Shown: piece by piece, positions 32,141 through 44,100 of the stretch
Layout of the letters: each line of letters opens with the position of its first letter
Numbering within the stretch: the first letter of the stretch is position 1
From: Gnetum montanum
Lineage: Eukaryota > Plantae > Gnetophyta
Assembly (NCBI GenBank): GCA_015680685.1
Contig: MNCI01002612.1
Coordinates: 69,051-133,050, forward strand
DNA length: 64,000 nucleotides
Direction of reading: 5' to 3'
The notes under the pieces: model-generated
What the model was told of the DNA's origin: nothing
Database searches by the model: none
Seen by the model: the letters and a program-made list of their open reading frames with translations, nothing else
Position numbers and translations under genes: made by a program

Positions 32141-33090
32141 TAAAAAGTTAACCTCATCAACTGCAATTTGAATCTTCTTTTCAGAAGGAGAAAGTACTAA
32201 GCCATTCTGATCTATAAGTTCATAGAGCTTAGCAAGATGTTGTTGATGTTCTTTAGTTTTTTTTGACATCACTAATATATCATCTATATAAACTAATATA
32301 AACGGGTAATGTTTAAAGATCGCATCCATATAGGATTGAAAGATAGAGGGAGCTGTTTTGATACCAAATGGTAAAACAGTCCATTCATAAAGACCTTGTG
32401 GAACCGTAAAGGCTATTTTCCAGCGATCTTTTGGTATAATTTGGATTTGCTAGAATCCACTCTTTAAATCAAACTTTGAATATATATGTGTCCCTTGTAA
32501 GCGTTGAAATAAGTCATCTTTAATAGGGATAGGATGTTGAATAGATTTAATGATGGTGTTGAGAGGTTTGTAATTGACTACTAACCTCTTTTTTCCCCTA
32601 GTTAGTTCAGCATGCTTATTTACGTAAAAGGCAGCCAGGAAAACATGCTCGTGCTAGGTTGTATGATTCCTTTTTCTAGTAGTTGTTGTATTTCTTGGGC
32701 ACATTCTTCTTTAAGGTGTGGGGACATTCCTATGTGATGTGCCTTTGCTTCGGGTTGTACACCATCACATAGTTCAATACGACACCAATGTTGCTTTTTG
32801 TGACAGAAAGCTGTTGGGTCTTCACTAGCAACAGTAAGTAATTTGGTGCATAGCTGATCAAAGTTTTCTTTGTGGGATTGAATTTGATTAACAATCCATT
32901 GTGTTTTGGGTATTTTATATTTAGTTTTTGTGAACCTACTAACGGGATTAAATGTCCTAGGAAATGTATATTGACCTAAGTTTATATGTCTAGGATAAAT
33001 CATATAAGGTTCTAAAAATGCTAAATTATCTACTCCTATGACCATATCATATGAAAGCCAGTTGATAGCATTAATTTGTAAAGGAAGCCT
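32141..33090 (-). pseudogene. Caulimovirid aspartic protease C-terminus plus reverse transcriptase, truncated at EVNFLG
   Basis: DMVIGVD (AP end); AFYVNKHAELTRGKKRLVVNYKPLN, YSKFDLKSGF*QI, YEWTVLPFGIKTAPSIFQ, LVYIDDILV. One frameshift near 32635 and one stop near 32450. Confidence 0.92.
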
Positions 33091-35348
33091 AGTGTTAACA
33101 AGCCTTCAACAACTTGAAGAAGGAGCTCTAACACCTCCCAATAGTACACCCACCGCAAAGGGACAAGCCTTTCTTCATATACCTTACCACCTCCGATGCA
33201 TCCATAGCCACACTGATATGTCAGAAGTGGGACGACGATTCTAAGATACTGGTGTATTACCTAAGCCACACACTGATAGCATACAAGGAAAAATACAACA
33301 AGGTAGAGAGGAACTACCTAGCCTTAGTGTTTGCGCTAAAAAAGTGGTGGCATTACCTATTCCACAGCACAACCAACATCATTTGCAAAAGTAACATACT
33401 CCGGGCTATCATCAGCAACTTGTACGAAAGTAGTAGTATGGCCCAATGGAAAGTGATAACCACGAAGTTTGACCTATGTTATGTAATTCAATCATTGACA
33501 AAGGGCCAAGCCATAGCAACCCAACTTGCGGCCTCGCCAGTCGACGACCAGGCAACCGTAGATCCTAAGTTCCTGGACAAATACGTTAGCAATGTTGCCA
33601 TCATCCCATTGCATTTTGAGGTAACCTTACACTTCAACGATGCCTCAACCACGTGAGGAGGTAGCACTACTGTCAAGATCACATTCCCCTCTGGGGAAAT
33701 ATACCCATCCACTTATTTTTTTACATTCCCTTGCACCAACAATGTGGCAGAGTACGAGGGGCTACTCAGAGGCCTCTTAACTGCCCACACATTGCATGTA
33801 CAACACTTGGTGATCTAGGGAGATTCACAACTAGTCATGAATCAAATGACCAAAGTCTATGCCTATAAGGCTACACACCTGCGACCCTACTGTGACCTAG
33901 CAAAAATCTTACTGAAGCAATTCGTGACCATTGATGTGCAACACATGCCATGTAACGAGAACACCATAACAGACACCTTAGCTACCCTCACGTTAAACAT
34001 CCCATCACATTCCTTGGCAAGCCTGCCAACTACGATCATAGAATGCATGGAGCCTATCACTCAGGTAGAACACGTGGCCTCTGTCGATGCTGCAGACACC
34101 CCGAAGTGGTACGATAACATTAAAGCTTATTTACAGCATGGTGAACCCCCAGGTGGATTGACATTGGCTCAAAGAGATGCAATTCACAAATGTGCTTGGC
34201 AATACATGCTCATGGGAAATGATGCCCTGTGTTGATGATCCTACGATAGGATATTGCTAGCATGTGTGGGTGGTAAGCAGGCACAAAAGGTAGTTAATGA
34301 GGTTCACGAAGGGCTGTGTGGTGGACACATAGCACCCAGGGCTATGGCTATGAAAATCAGACGCCTAGGGTACTATTAGCCCTATATGGAGTGTGACTAC
34401 CTTTCGAAAGTCAAGACATGTGACACATGCCAGAGATATGCAAACCTCATACACATAGCACCTATAGACCTGCACCCAACCCAAATTACGTGGCCCTTCC
34501 AATGATGGGGACTAGACCTCATAGGGCCTATCACGCCTAAGTCCTCCATAGGGCATAGCTTCATTATCACTACCACAGAGTATTTTACTAAGTGGGTAGA
34601 AGCTATTCCCTTGAGGAAAATGACGTCTTAGAAAATCTTCCATTTCATCCTTGATAACATCGTAACTAGGTTTGGACTCCTGGTGATTATTGTGATTGAC
34701 AATGGACCATAGTTCAGCAGTATGGAAACTCGAACCTTTTGTAGCAACCTAGGCATTAAACAATCATTTTCTTCCCCTTATTATTCGTAGGAGAATGGGC
34801 AAGTAGAGGCTACAAATAAGTCCATCATCAACTTACTAAAGTGGATGCTTAACAATAGCAAGAGGCGGTGGCACGAGCAAATACTCTACATCCTTTGGGC
34901 CTATTGAACGACTTGCAAAACTACGATGAGTAGGACCCCTTACAATCTTGTTTACGGATCTGAAGTTGTACATCCTCTTGAGTTGTAGGTACCCTCACTT
35001 TAGATGATCCTATCTGATGCCATAAGCGAAGCCTAGAACAATGAATCACGGACCATTGATCTCGACTCGATGGAGGAGGAATGCGTGCAGACGCTGAGAC
35101 GAATCGAGCACTACCAGAATAAACAACAACAGAAGCACCGAGCAGACCTGCATCGACAGCCAGTGCAGAAGGGAGACCTCGTCCTCAAGGTCATCAGTGA
35201 GCATGTAAGTAAGTTCTTAGCCAATTGGGAAGGTCCTTACATGGTCGCTAAAGCCTTCGGGAATGGAGCCTTCAAGTTGGTAGACATGGACGACAACGAG
35301 TTCGCCAACTCGGTGAATCACACATACCCTAAGTTGTACTATGTCTGA
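33091..35348 (+). pseudogene. pol: Tat RNase H, archaeal-type RNase H (aRH) and integrase, degenerate
   Basis: RH: FFIYLTTSDASI...VYYLSHTL...ERNYLALVFALKK. aRH: LHFND...CTNNVAEYEGLLRGL...GDSQLV. INT: EVHEGLCGGH...CDTCQ...GLDLIGP...YFTKWVEA...DNGP...NGQVEATNK...NWEGPY. Confidence 0.93.
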
Positions 35349-35372
35349 AGTGCAACGGTAAAAACAAGCACC

Positions 35373-35646
35373 GTCCGCTACGATGATAAATTGATAGTAG
35401 CACCAGGCAGTGTTCACAATGACGATAAACTAGCAGCACCAAGCAATGTCTGCCACTACATTAAATTGGTAGCAACCGTCCGCCACGATGTAAAAATGGC
35501 ATTGTTAGTTCACTATGACTATAAATTGACATTGCATATCTACTACGATGTAAAAATGGCATGTATGGTTTGCTAGGACCTTAAACTAGCACAGCGGTCC
35601 ACTGGGACCTTAAACCAGCACACGGTCTACCAAGACCTTAACCTGG
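35373..35646 (+). repeat. Array of nine ~28-39 bp units with a conserved ~23-bp core directly after integrase
   Basis: Core GTCYRCYAYGACNNTAAAYTRGCA starts at 35373, 35412, 35448, 35478, 35508, 35538, 35568, 35597 and 35625. Confidence 0.8.
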
Positions 35647-36646
35647 GTTCACGTTGCACCCTCAACATGCACCACCACCAGATACACGTCGAACGAAGGG
35701 GTGTGATACCAGTGCGTGGGTGGGATGTCGTAGCTCCAAGACGTAGTTCTTGACGAAAGGAGAACATGGTCCGGGGCATACACGCTGCCATCCTTGGTGT
35801 CATGCTGACCCTTCAAATACGTCATATGATGTCACATGGGCCCTTCAAACCTACCATTGCTACGACCCATCATCCTGACAGTAGTTCTTGGGCTCATTCC
35901 CACTCCTGAGGTGCTGATAGTATTGTGGCCTAGCGACAATATTATTGCTCTTCAGTTCCCCACCAAGGTTTTAGCTCACGCAATGTTTAGCTATGTGGTA
36001 GCTCATCCCATAACTAAACTGAGCACACATTCCTTTGATGGGGATTCTAGTGCATCCGCATCCACAACAGCTCCTGGTGCCTTGGAGATCAACTCCCTTG
36101 CACTGGCGTTGCCAAGACCACTACTGGCCTTTCTGCTTTAGGCATCTTACACCAGCAATGATGCCCAAGAGTAACAACAATGCCAGTAGCCAGCATGACC
36201 TTGTCTGCGCAAGCACATCTTGCTACAGCAGCAAACGTTACAATGTCACGAAGTGAGTGCCTCGACTAGCTCAGCTACTTTAGAGTGCAAATTTTGGCAC
36301 GCGTGTAACACAGCTCGTCGTGCGGAAGGTTGCAGTAGGCAAGTTAGAGCCCTCCATGGATGTAATGCAACTCATCCTACGGAGGGGACACCTGCCTACA
36401 AGAGGTTGAAGAACAACGCCAACCAAAGATGAAAATGCAAATGAGCCGCTCAGAGCAGTCCAACGAGGGACTCAGCTAAACATCATATTTTCTCTCTTCC
36501 CTAACTGCCATGAAACCAATGCAACACTCTCAAGCACAACCAAGCAACGTCTCAACACTCACCAAGTGACAACCTTAGCATTTCACCTGCTACAGTGTTT
36601 CATTTTCTTTGTCGACATCCATCGAGCCTATTCTCCAGACATCAAC

Positions 36647-36659
36647 AAAGAGGGGCCAA
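36647..36659 (+). promoter_or_regulatory. Polypurine tract
   Basis: AAAGAGGGGCCAA directly before the 3' LTR TG. Confidence 0.8.
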
Positions 36660-38392
36660 TGAAACACCCTAAAAAATGCAAGGTCATCCTTGCTTCACCA
36701 AGATCTTGCAATCCACACAACACAATGACAGTTCATTGGGAGAAGAATGTTCTAAGTCCAGGTTGGCTAGTTTGGAAAATTTTCTACTTTGAGCATGGAC
36801 AAGTTCTGTACAATCCTGTCCACACATCAAAGTAGCCTAAATAGCCGACAGCCTGCTTAGGAACAGTGTGCAGAATTGACGGTAGCATCCTAGATGTGCA
36901 AGAAATAGTTCGGCAAGTTTTCTAAGTCACGAAGCTTGCTACGCTACGCTACGCTATGTAGCGTAGCAAGCTTTAGAATACGATGGCGGAACGAAGTGCT
37001 ACGTTACGTGACGTCACACAGCGTAGCATGGCAACAACTTCGCTACCCACTCCCCTCGCCCAATTTTGAGTTCTGCAATAATGTCCTTTTTCTTCAGGAA
37101 GCGGTAGACCATGTCTGCTGCTATGCTATGTTGAGCTACATGACACAACAAGGCGTAGCAATCCTGCAGAAGAGATAGAAGGCAGTTTTAAAGGTGGAGT
37201 CAATGGAGTTCACAAGACTTACATTGTAGGAGAAAGTTTGCAAATTGGAAAAACTCTTGTGACTAAGGTAAGTTGCTATGCTATGCTACGCTACGTAGTG
37301 TAGCAAGCATGTAATAGACAGCAGAATGTGCGACAAGGTGCTACGCTACGCCAAGCACGCTACGTCACAAAGCATAGCAAGGCATGTAGGTGGTTGCGTG
37401 ACATCAATGCACTTCACCTAATTGAACCATTGGCACACATCCCTAGACGCTGATGGCGTAATTATAGCGTGGTAGGATCACAGTTATTGCATGGCAGAGT
37501 CACATCACAATGATCTTGTAGGCCCAATAGTCATAGATGACTCGAGTGGTGCCAGTAAGACAAGGTAAGCCTGCGACACGTATTATTCAAAAATCACCCT
37601 TTTCTGCTTACCATCAACCCTATAAATATCCCGGCAAACAGCATATAACAGGTAGGCAATTTTTAGAGGTACCCGCAATTTGGAAAAGTCCACAATTTTT
37701 AAAATTGGCAATTGCAAAAGAATTCACATCTTTCTTTAAGGAAATAGCTTCCAAGTGGTGGGAACTTTGAAATTCTAAAACAAAGATCTCCCTTCTCTCC
37801 AACATTGTAATATCGAAGTCATCTGTCTAAAGCTATAAACAGTGATCCTCTCTTGGTAGGTGAGAGGTCCCTGTCTTTGTTCTACCACCTTGGTAGAGCC
37901 CCGCATTGTTTGTATGCAAATATGTGTCCAAGTGCATAGCTCTTTTTGCTCAACACATCCTAGTTACTCTCGGGATTTTTGTACTCCGTCGTGCTGTGCA
38001 GCCGATTGTATCCACCCTAACTAGACGAGTTTGTAGCTTTGGAGCGATGCATGTTTCTAACCATAATTTACTTTATTTCCCATTTACTGTCTCATTTCTT
38101 TGCATTATTTTCTATTTTGTTCACCTTTAAGCATTATTTCTTATTACTGTTACATTTTTACAGTTTCTCTCCTGCTTTATTTACCTGTAAGCACTATCTT
38201 GCATTTCACATTATTTATGTTGCAAAAGGCTATATTGATGTCAATGTAAGTTCCTGTCTGATGGACCAGACCGTTCAGGGCACCCCGTGTCCGCACACAC
38301 CTAGCACCGCCCTCCCACGGATACGGGGTTGGAACTATTACATCTGCCAACCCCCGACGTTCTTCCAGCTACCAACGTTTTTAGTCACTACA
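36660..38392 (+). repeat. 3' LTR of Tat element
   Basis: TGAAACACCC...GTCACTACA followed by the CCCAT TSD. Confidence 0.95.
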
Positions 38393-39742
38393 CCCATTGT
38401 GCAAGGCAATGATTTTTGAGTAGAATTATCAATGGCTATTACTGTGAGCCAAGTTGACTCACAGGATTAGCCCCAGTCACATGACATAGTTTATAATGAA
38501 GGTGAAAAAAGCTCCATGACCTCCCTTGTTGCTCTAATGCATTCAATTTTGATTACGATGTTTTTTTAATTTTTAACTTTTGCATTTAATATCATGCTTG
38601 TAAAATTGTTTAAAAATAATTTAAAAATGCAAGAACATTGTGTGCATTTTTTTAATGAATTTATGCCATTTTCACCCTTATTCATTTTTAGCAAAATTGA
38701 TGTCTATAAGAGTATAGAGAAGAGCATAAAAAATTTTTAAAGATATTTTTTAATGTGATGCTATTGATGCACTAATAACCATCATCTACCATGCTTATGT
38801 ATTTTTGGGTCCTACCCTTACCTCTAGGGTGGCCCTAGTTAATAACTAGGGACAGGACCTAGAGAAACACATGTTTTAATAATGTAAAAAACATTTTCAT
38901 TCACAATCGAGGCAAGTCAAATAATGGTATGTACTCAAAATAATAAAAGAGAAATGGCCAATAAAAATTTCTTTGTTTTTAAATTTTACCAATTACTATA
39001 GAAAATAGTTAAACTTTTTCACACAATGCATGTTCACATGTATGCATCCAAAGTTTGTATGCTCCTCTAGAATATAGTACCATGCCTCACTACACACAAA
39101 AAATACCATCATAACATTTTCATAATCCTATGACAAGGTATGTTGGATGGTTGTTCTTCATCATAAATACCAGAAACTATGCCATGTAACTAAGCCTAAC
39201 TTGTTAGAATTTTGGTGAGTAATCAATGCAACTTAAGAAAGCCTCATTGGTTGCACATTCAAATTTACTTTTTAATGAAAAATTAAAAATCAACAAAAAT
39301 TAAATTAGAAAATAGAAGTGATAAAAAGAAACAACTTTAAGAGAATCCACAAGAAGCATAAAACAATATGTTGTTGTATAATTGAAAATTGCTTATAAAA
39401 ATTTCAGTTACCAGTAAGTCCCTAATTTTTTCATCATTCTGATAGCTCTATTTGACTCAAGCTTTAGCTTCTAGAAATTTTTGCTCACACTTTAACCTTG
39501 GCTTAAATTGTTAATGATAAAGCTTTTTTAAAAAATGTCCTTTGTATTTCATTAAGGTTTACGAAGATTTAACTAGTCAAATTAGTATGTTCATTGGTTT
39601 ATTTCTCTTATTGTTTGTTTATGGATGATGTTTTGAATGTACTAAAAATGAAGATTTTATTATTTTTGTAGACCAAAAAATATCTCTTAGACCAAAAATA
39701 CATTTTTCTCATGGAAAATGAATATAGATTCAACAAAGTGGC

Positions 39743-41117
39743 TAAGCACCATTGGATGTAGTAAACTTAGATTATACAAACTTTTTGTTACAATAATATA
39801 CTTTTGTTCACAAATTTTTAGTCAAAGGATAGTTAAGAACATCAAAATGTTAGAATCAATGCAAATGAATTAAAAATGGCATTGGACATCAAAAACCAAA
39901 GGTCAAACTTGCTTTTTCAAACCTAGTGTAAACTTCAAACAAGCTACACTCAACTCCAAGTTTGGTTTGAGTAACCATAAATTAAATTTAGTAACTCCAA
40001 GCCTATAAATACAAGCTCAAAACACGAGTTTTAGGGTTAGATCTTTAGACATGGGTTTGGATCTTTTGACAATTAAAAGAAATTATCAGATTTCAAGAGA
40101 TTAAGAGCATGAGAACTTGCTACAACCACAACACCTATGTGCTTCTTGGCCACCTTCTACATCTTCAACATCATTTTTAGAGATAAAATTTTCAAGCTTA
40201 TGTAGCACTTTTTAGAGTTAGAATTTTTCAAGTCTCAAGTTAGTGATAGGAACCTTGGCTGAAACAACTCCATTTGGGCCTAAAATTGACACCAAATCAT
40301 GCCTATGACTTCTATATCCATAACCCAATGCTCCATAGGTTCAATTCCATACTTCAAATCTATATTTTGCTCCAAATCTAAGCTTCTTTTATCAATTCTA
40401 TCACACTTACATTTTTCTCCCACCATTTGTAGTTTAGCCTTCCATAGAAGGTGAATATGTCACAACTCATTAATAAAGCATTTTATTTTTTGGGAAAGAA
40501 TTTGGGACATTTTCTACATATCAAAGCATCTCAGTTTCATTATTTTATGTTTCTTTACTCACATTCTAAACTTAGAATTTATTCCCTCTCTCACGTTTCA
40601 TTCCATACCTAGTTAAATTTTTAACTTTTTATACTTAGTAATTTTTTAGTGTAAAAATTCCATCATTTAGAGAGGAAACCGAAATCCTTTCTCTCATGTC
40701 AAAACTATAATGCTTTTAATATTTTATGTTCTTTACCTATACTTTACACTTCATTTTTATTTCAATGTTCACAACTTATTCTACAATTAGGTTATTTTTG
40801 AATAATCCATACTTAGTCATTTTCCCAATGATTTTGCACTTAGTCATTTTAACATTAATAAAACATCACATTTTCATTGTTTCCTACCATTCTTAGTTTG
40901 TGTATAATAGGCTAAGTTAATATTTGAATAGAGGACTCATATCCCTTCATTTCATAATTATTGATTTATCAAGGGTTACATCGATTTGAAGACCATTTAC
41001 AACCACATGTTAAGTATCTCAATACTTATTTCATGGAGGAACAAGTTTTTTACAAAATATTAGGAAGGTATGGGATTATTGACTAATTCTAACTACAAAC
41101 TAACTTTGAGTGCCACA
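39743..41117 (+). repeat. Probable old solo LTR (Tat-related family)
   Basis: GTGGC flanks both sides (39738-39742, 41118-41122). Ends TA(decayed TG)...CA; TATA near 40003. 40880-41040 is homologous to 54260-54410 in an LTR that precedes a Tat-type PBS. Confidence 0.55.
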
Positions 41118-41149
41118 GTGGCATGTAAAAAAATTACATAGTTACATGA

Positions 41150-44100
41150 CAAAACAAAAACAAAATTTAAGGTGGCTTGATGTAGTTTGTATTTCAGGTA
41201 GTGGTGGCTCTTCCATTGGCTTCTTTCCTTTGTTGTCAGGCTTCTAGAAAGTTTCTCCTCTTCTATCCTTGTCTTTTTTTTCCATATGTCCTCTCTACTA
41301 AGTATGGCACAAAGACTCCTTCGATTTTAACTATTGCATTGGCCTCTTTATTTTACCAAAATTGGTAAATTTCTCCTAAGTTCCATTCTCCACTATTGAT
41401 TAGTGTGGGCCATAATGGGGATGCTTGGAGTTGTGTCTTTATAGCTTCAAGGTTGTGAAGGTCTTCCTTCTGGTATCCTCTCTAGGACCATTTACAATCA
41501 ATCAAGAGTTTAGGATTACCAAAATCTTTTCATCAGTACCTAATTGTTCATAATCCTTCTCGTACTCTTGGTTAGATCAAGTTCTTATCATCTTATGATT
41601 GCAAAGTTAGAAAAACTTGTAAAAAAAAAATAACAACTTAGGCATTATATCATTTAGTTACTTATGACCTTCTAATCATTTTCTTATTATGGCCTAAAAT
41701 AGTTGGTATGGTCTATTAGGAGTACTATTTGAATCTATTTGGTCTTAGTTTGATTGATTAACTTTAAGGTTCTTATTATTTTCTTGTACTTACCCTTTAT
41801 AATATCTTCCAAGTTTTAGGAATTTGTGGCTCAAATTTTCAAATTTTTGTTCACTTATATCGCACAATGCACCCCTTGCTTCTTCTGCCCCCCTCCATCC
41901 CCCCGCCCCATCCACATGACTAAGTAAAGCACTCCAAGATCCATACGATTGAATAATTTTGGAAATCAGAGCTATGAGGGGGAAGTTATGGCCTTTGGAA
42001 GTTAGTGTATAAGAGGGCTAGGGAAAAAATTGCAAAAACCTCTCTTGCTACAAATGAGAGAAATGAAAAATTTCACTAACTCCCATAGGTATATATACTA
42101 TTTTTATATGCATGACATTGTGGATCATACATCATAGATACAACATCGTAGGTGCCTACAACATCATGACTATGATGTCATCATTAAAAAAAATCAAAAT
42201 TTTCATTGATTTTTCTTTAAAAAAATGAGTCAAATGAAATTTCTAGAAGATATAAAGCTTGTCTAGATGATCATGGGCCATGAGTGATGCAAACTTTTCA
42301 ACAAGTTAGTGTTCAAGGTTCATAAAGAAATAATCTCTAGCAATGAAAATTTATGGTATAGATAAGAAATGGATAATGAATTTCTGATGTACTGGTAGAT
42401 TATTATATGATATGGGAAGCTTATTAGATGTTTTTGAAGGCACAAGATAATGTGTAATTGCTTACCAAGTATGAAAAACAAGAGTTATACAAGTGGGTCT
42501 TCCTCAAAGCAGGCTCTAGCCCTTAGTGCCCTTGTATAACCACACATAAAGTGTCTTTAGGTACTTAAGGAGTTAAATGTAAGACATACCTGTCTAGTAA
42601 AACACACATGTTAGTATTACTAGATTAGAAAAATAAAACTATATTATACAAAACCACAAGTTATGATTAACTATACAATGAGGTGAAATGGACTAGAGAA
42701 GGGATTGCTGAACTTGGGATGTGAAGTGTGTTACCGTAGGCATAATGAATTCTTGTGTTTTATTAGTGGTTAAAGTAATCATTAGCCCTTCTTTCCAGGA
42801 TTCAAACAAAGTCTAGACCACATTCCATTGACATCTCATTGTTTCATCTCTTAGAATTACAAATGTAAGACTACCACTATTGCAAAGAGTATCATCACTT
42901 GGCATATTGTCCAAGGGAGGAGTTTATTCATGGTACTTATTTATTTATTTTTATATTTCTAAGAAGCTACCTACCTTCAACCATGGGTAACATGTATTTC
43001 TAGTGGGACCCCCAAGAATTTATTCTATGCTCTTTTATTTTTAACTGTGTTAACCTTACTAGAGGACTACCTTCAAGCATGGGTAACATGTCTTTCCAAT
43101 GACATGGTAAGGCAACACTTATTATACTCTTACTTTCATTTTTTGTTGGATTTACAATGCTATAATACAACCTTAGCAACATGATAGAACTCACAAAAGT
43201 AACTGATGAGTGGCGAGGTACCCCTACACTCAACCATACGAATACGAGCGTNNNNNNNNNNNNNNNNNNNNNNNNNNNNNNNNNNNNNNNNNNNNNNNNN
43301 NNNNNNNNNNNNNNNNNNNNNNNNNNNNNNNNNNNNNNNNNNNNNNNNNNNNNNNNNNNNNNNNNNNNNNNNNNNNNNNNNNNNNNNNNNNNNNNNNNNN
43401 NNNNNNNNNNNNNNNNNNNNNNNNNNNNNNNNNNNNNNNNNNNNNNNNNNNNNNNNNNNNNNNNNNNNNNNNNNNNNNNNNNNNNNNNNNNNNNNNNNNN
43501 NNNNNNNNNNNNNNNNNNNNNNNNNNNNNNNNNNNNNNNNNNNNNNNNNNNNNNNNNNNNNNNNNNNNNNNNNNNNNNNNNNNNNNNNNNNNNNNNNNNN
43601 NNNNNNNNNNNNNNNNNNNNNNNNNNNNNNNNNNNNNNNNNNNNNNNNNNNNNNNNNNNNNNNNNNNNNNNNNNNNNNNNNNNNNNNNNNNNNNNNNNNN
43701 NNNNNNNNNNNNNNNNNNNNNNNNNNNNNNNNNNNNNNNNNNNNNNNNNNNNNNNNNNNNNNNNNNNNNNNNNNNNNNNNNNNGGGAAAAATTCTAACTC
43801 TGGAGTGTTCAATCTGCCAGAGCTTCGCTACACTAGCCAGAATTGGGAAATGAAGGGAGTGCCGCCTCTTATTTATAGATATGGCGGCGGGACGCGATAT
43901 CACGTATGTGATATCGTAGGAGAAGATGCGATATCGCGGCACATGCAAGTCACGTCTCATCAGTAACCCAAGAGAATCCACAAATCCCCTTGATGTCACA
44001 CCCTTTGCATTTCCACTTGGTTCTTCACCCTTTTATCCAGGCATAATGATCATAGGTTTATTCTTAGTTTTATGAAAAAAATAATATCATTATCGCCATG

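Larger units (their letters stand above)
28563..33090 (-). mobile_element. Endogenous caulimovirid (plant pararetrovirus) fragment, rearranged: AP'-RT' | PBS-leader-MP-CP-Zn finger
   Basis: 30K movement protein, CP with Zn knuckle, caulimovirid RT motifs and a tRNA-Met PBS. AT-rich composition distinct from the flanking Tat sequence; no TSD seen. Confidence 0.93.
14525..38392 (+). mobile_element. Full-length Ty3/Gypsy Tat-clade (Ogre/Retand-like domain order) LTR retrotransposon with an internal antisense gene and a nested viral insert
   Basis: Paired ~1.75 kb LTRs with TG...CA ends, TSD CCCAT at 14520-14524 and 38393-38397, PBS, PPT, gag-PR, and RT-RH-aRH-INT. Confidence 0.95.

Noticed and set aside
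28563-33090. Functional retrotransposon-virus chimera that gained a movement protein
   Set aside because: The insert is antisense, deletes part of the element RT and appears younger than the element, so one-off capture is simpler. Revisit only if multiple loci share the junctions.
35373-35646. CRISPR-like repeat-spacer reading of the ~30-bp array
   Set aside because: Repeats are degenerate, linkers are only ~5-16 bp, there are no cas genes, and the context is a eukaryotic retrotransposon UTR.
35650-36600. Possible second antisense ORF between the repeat array and the PPT
   Set aside because: The minus-strand translation has several stops and no recognisable motif or splice pattern; it cannot be supported without a family consensus.
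43000-43999. Long ORFs of 195-279 aa
   Set aside because: N-gap artefacts within an LTR.
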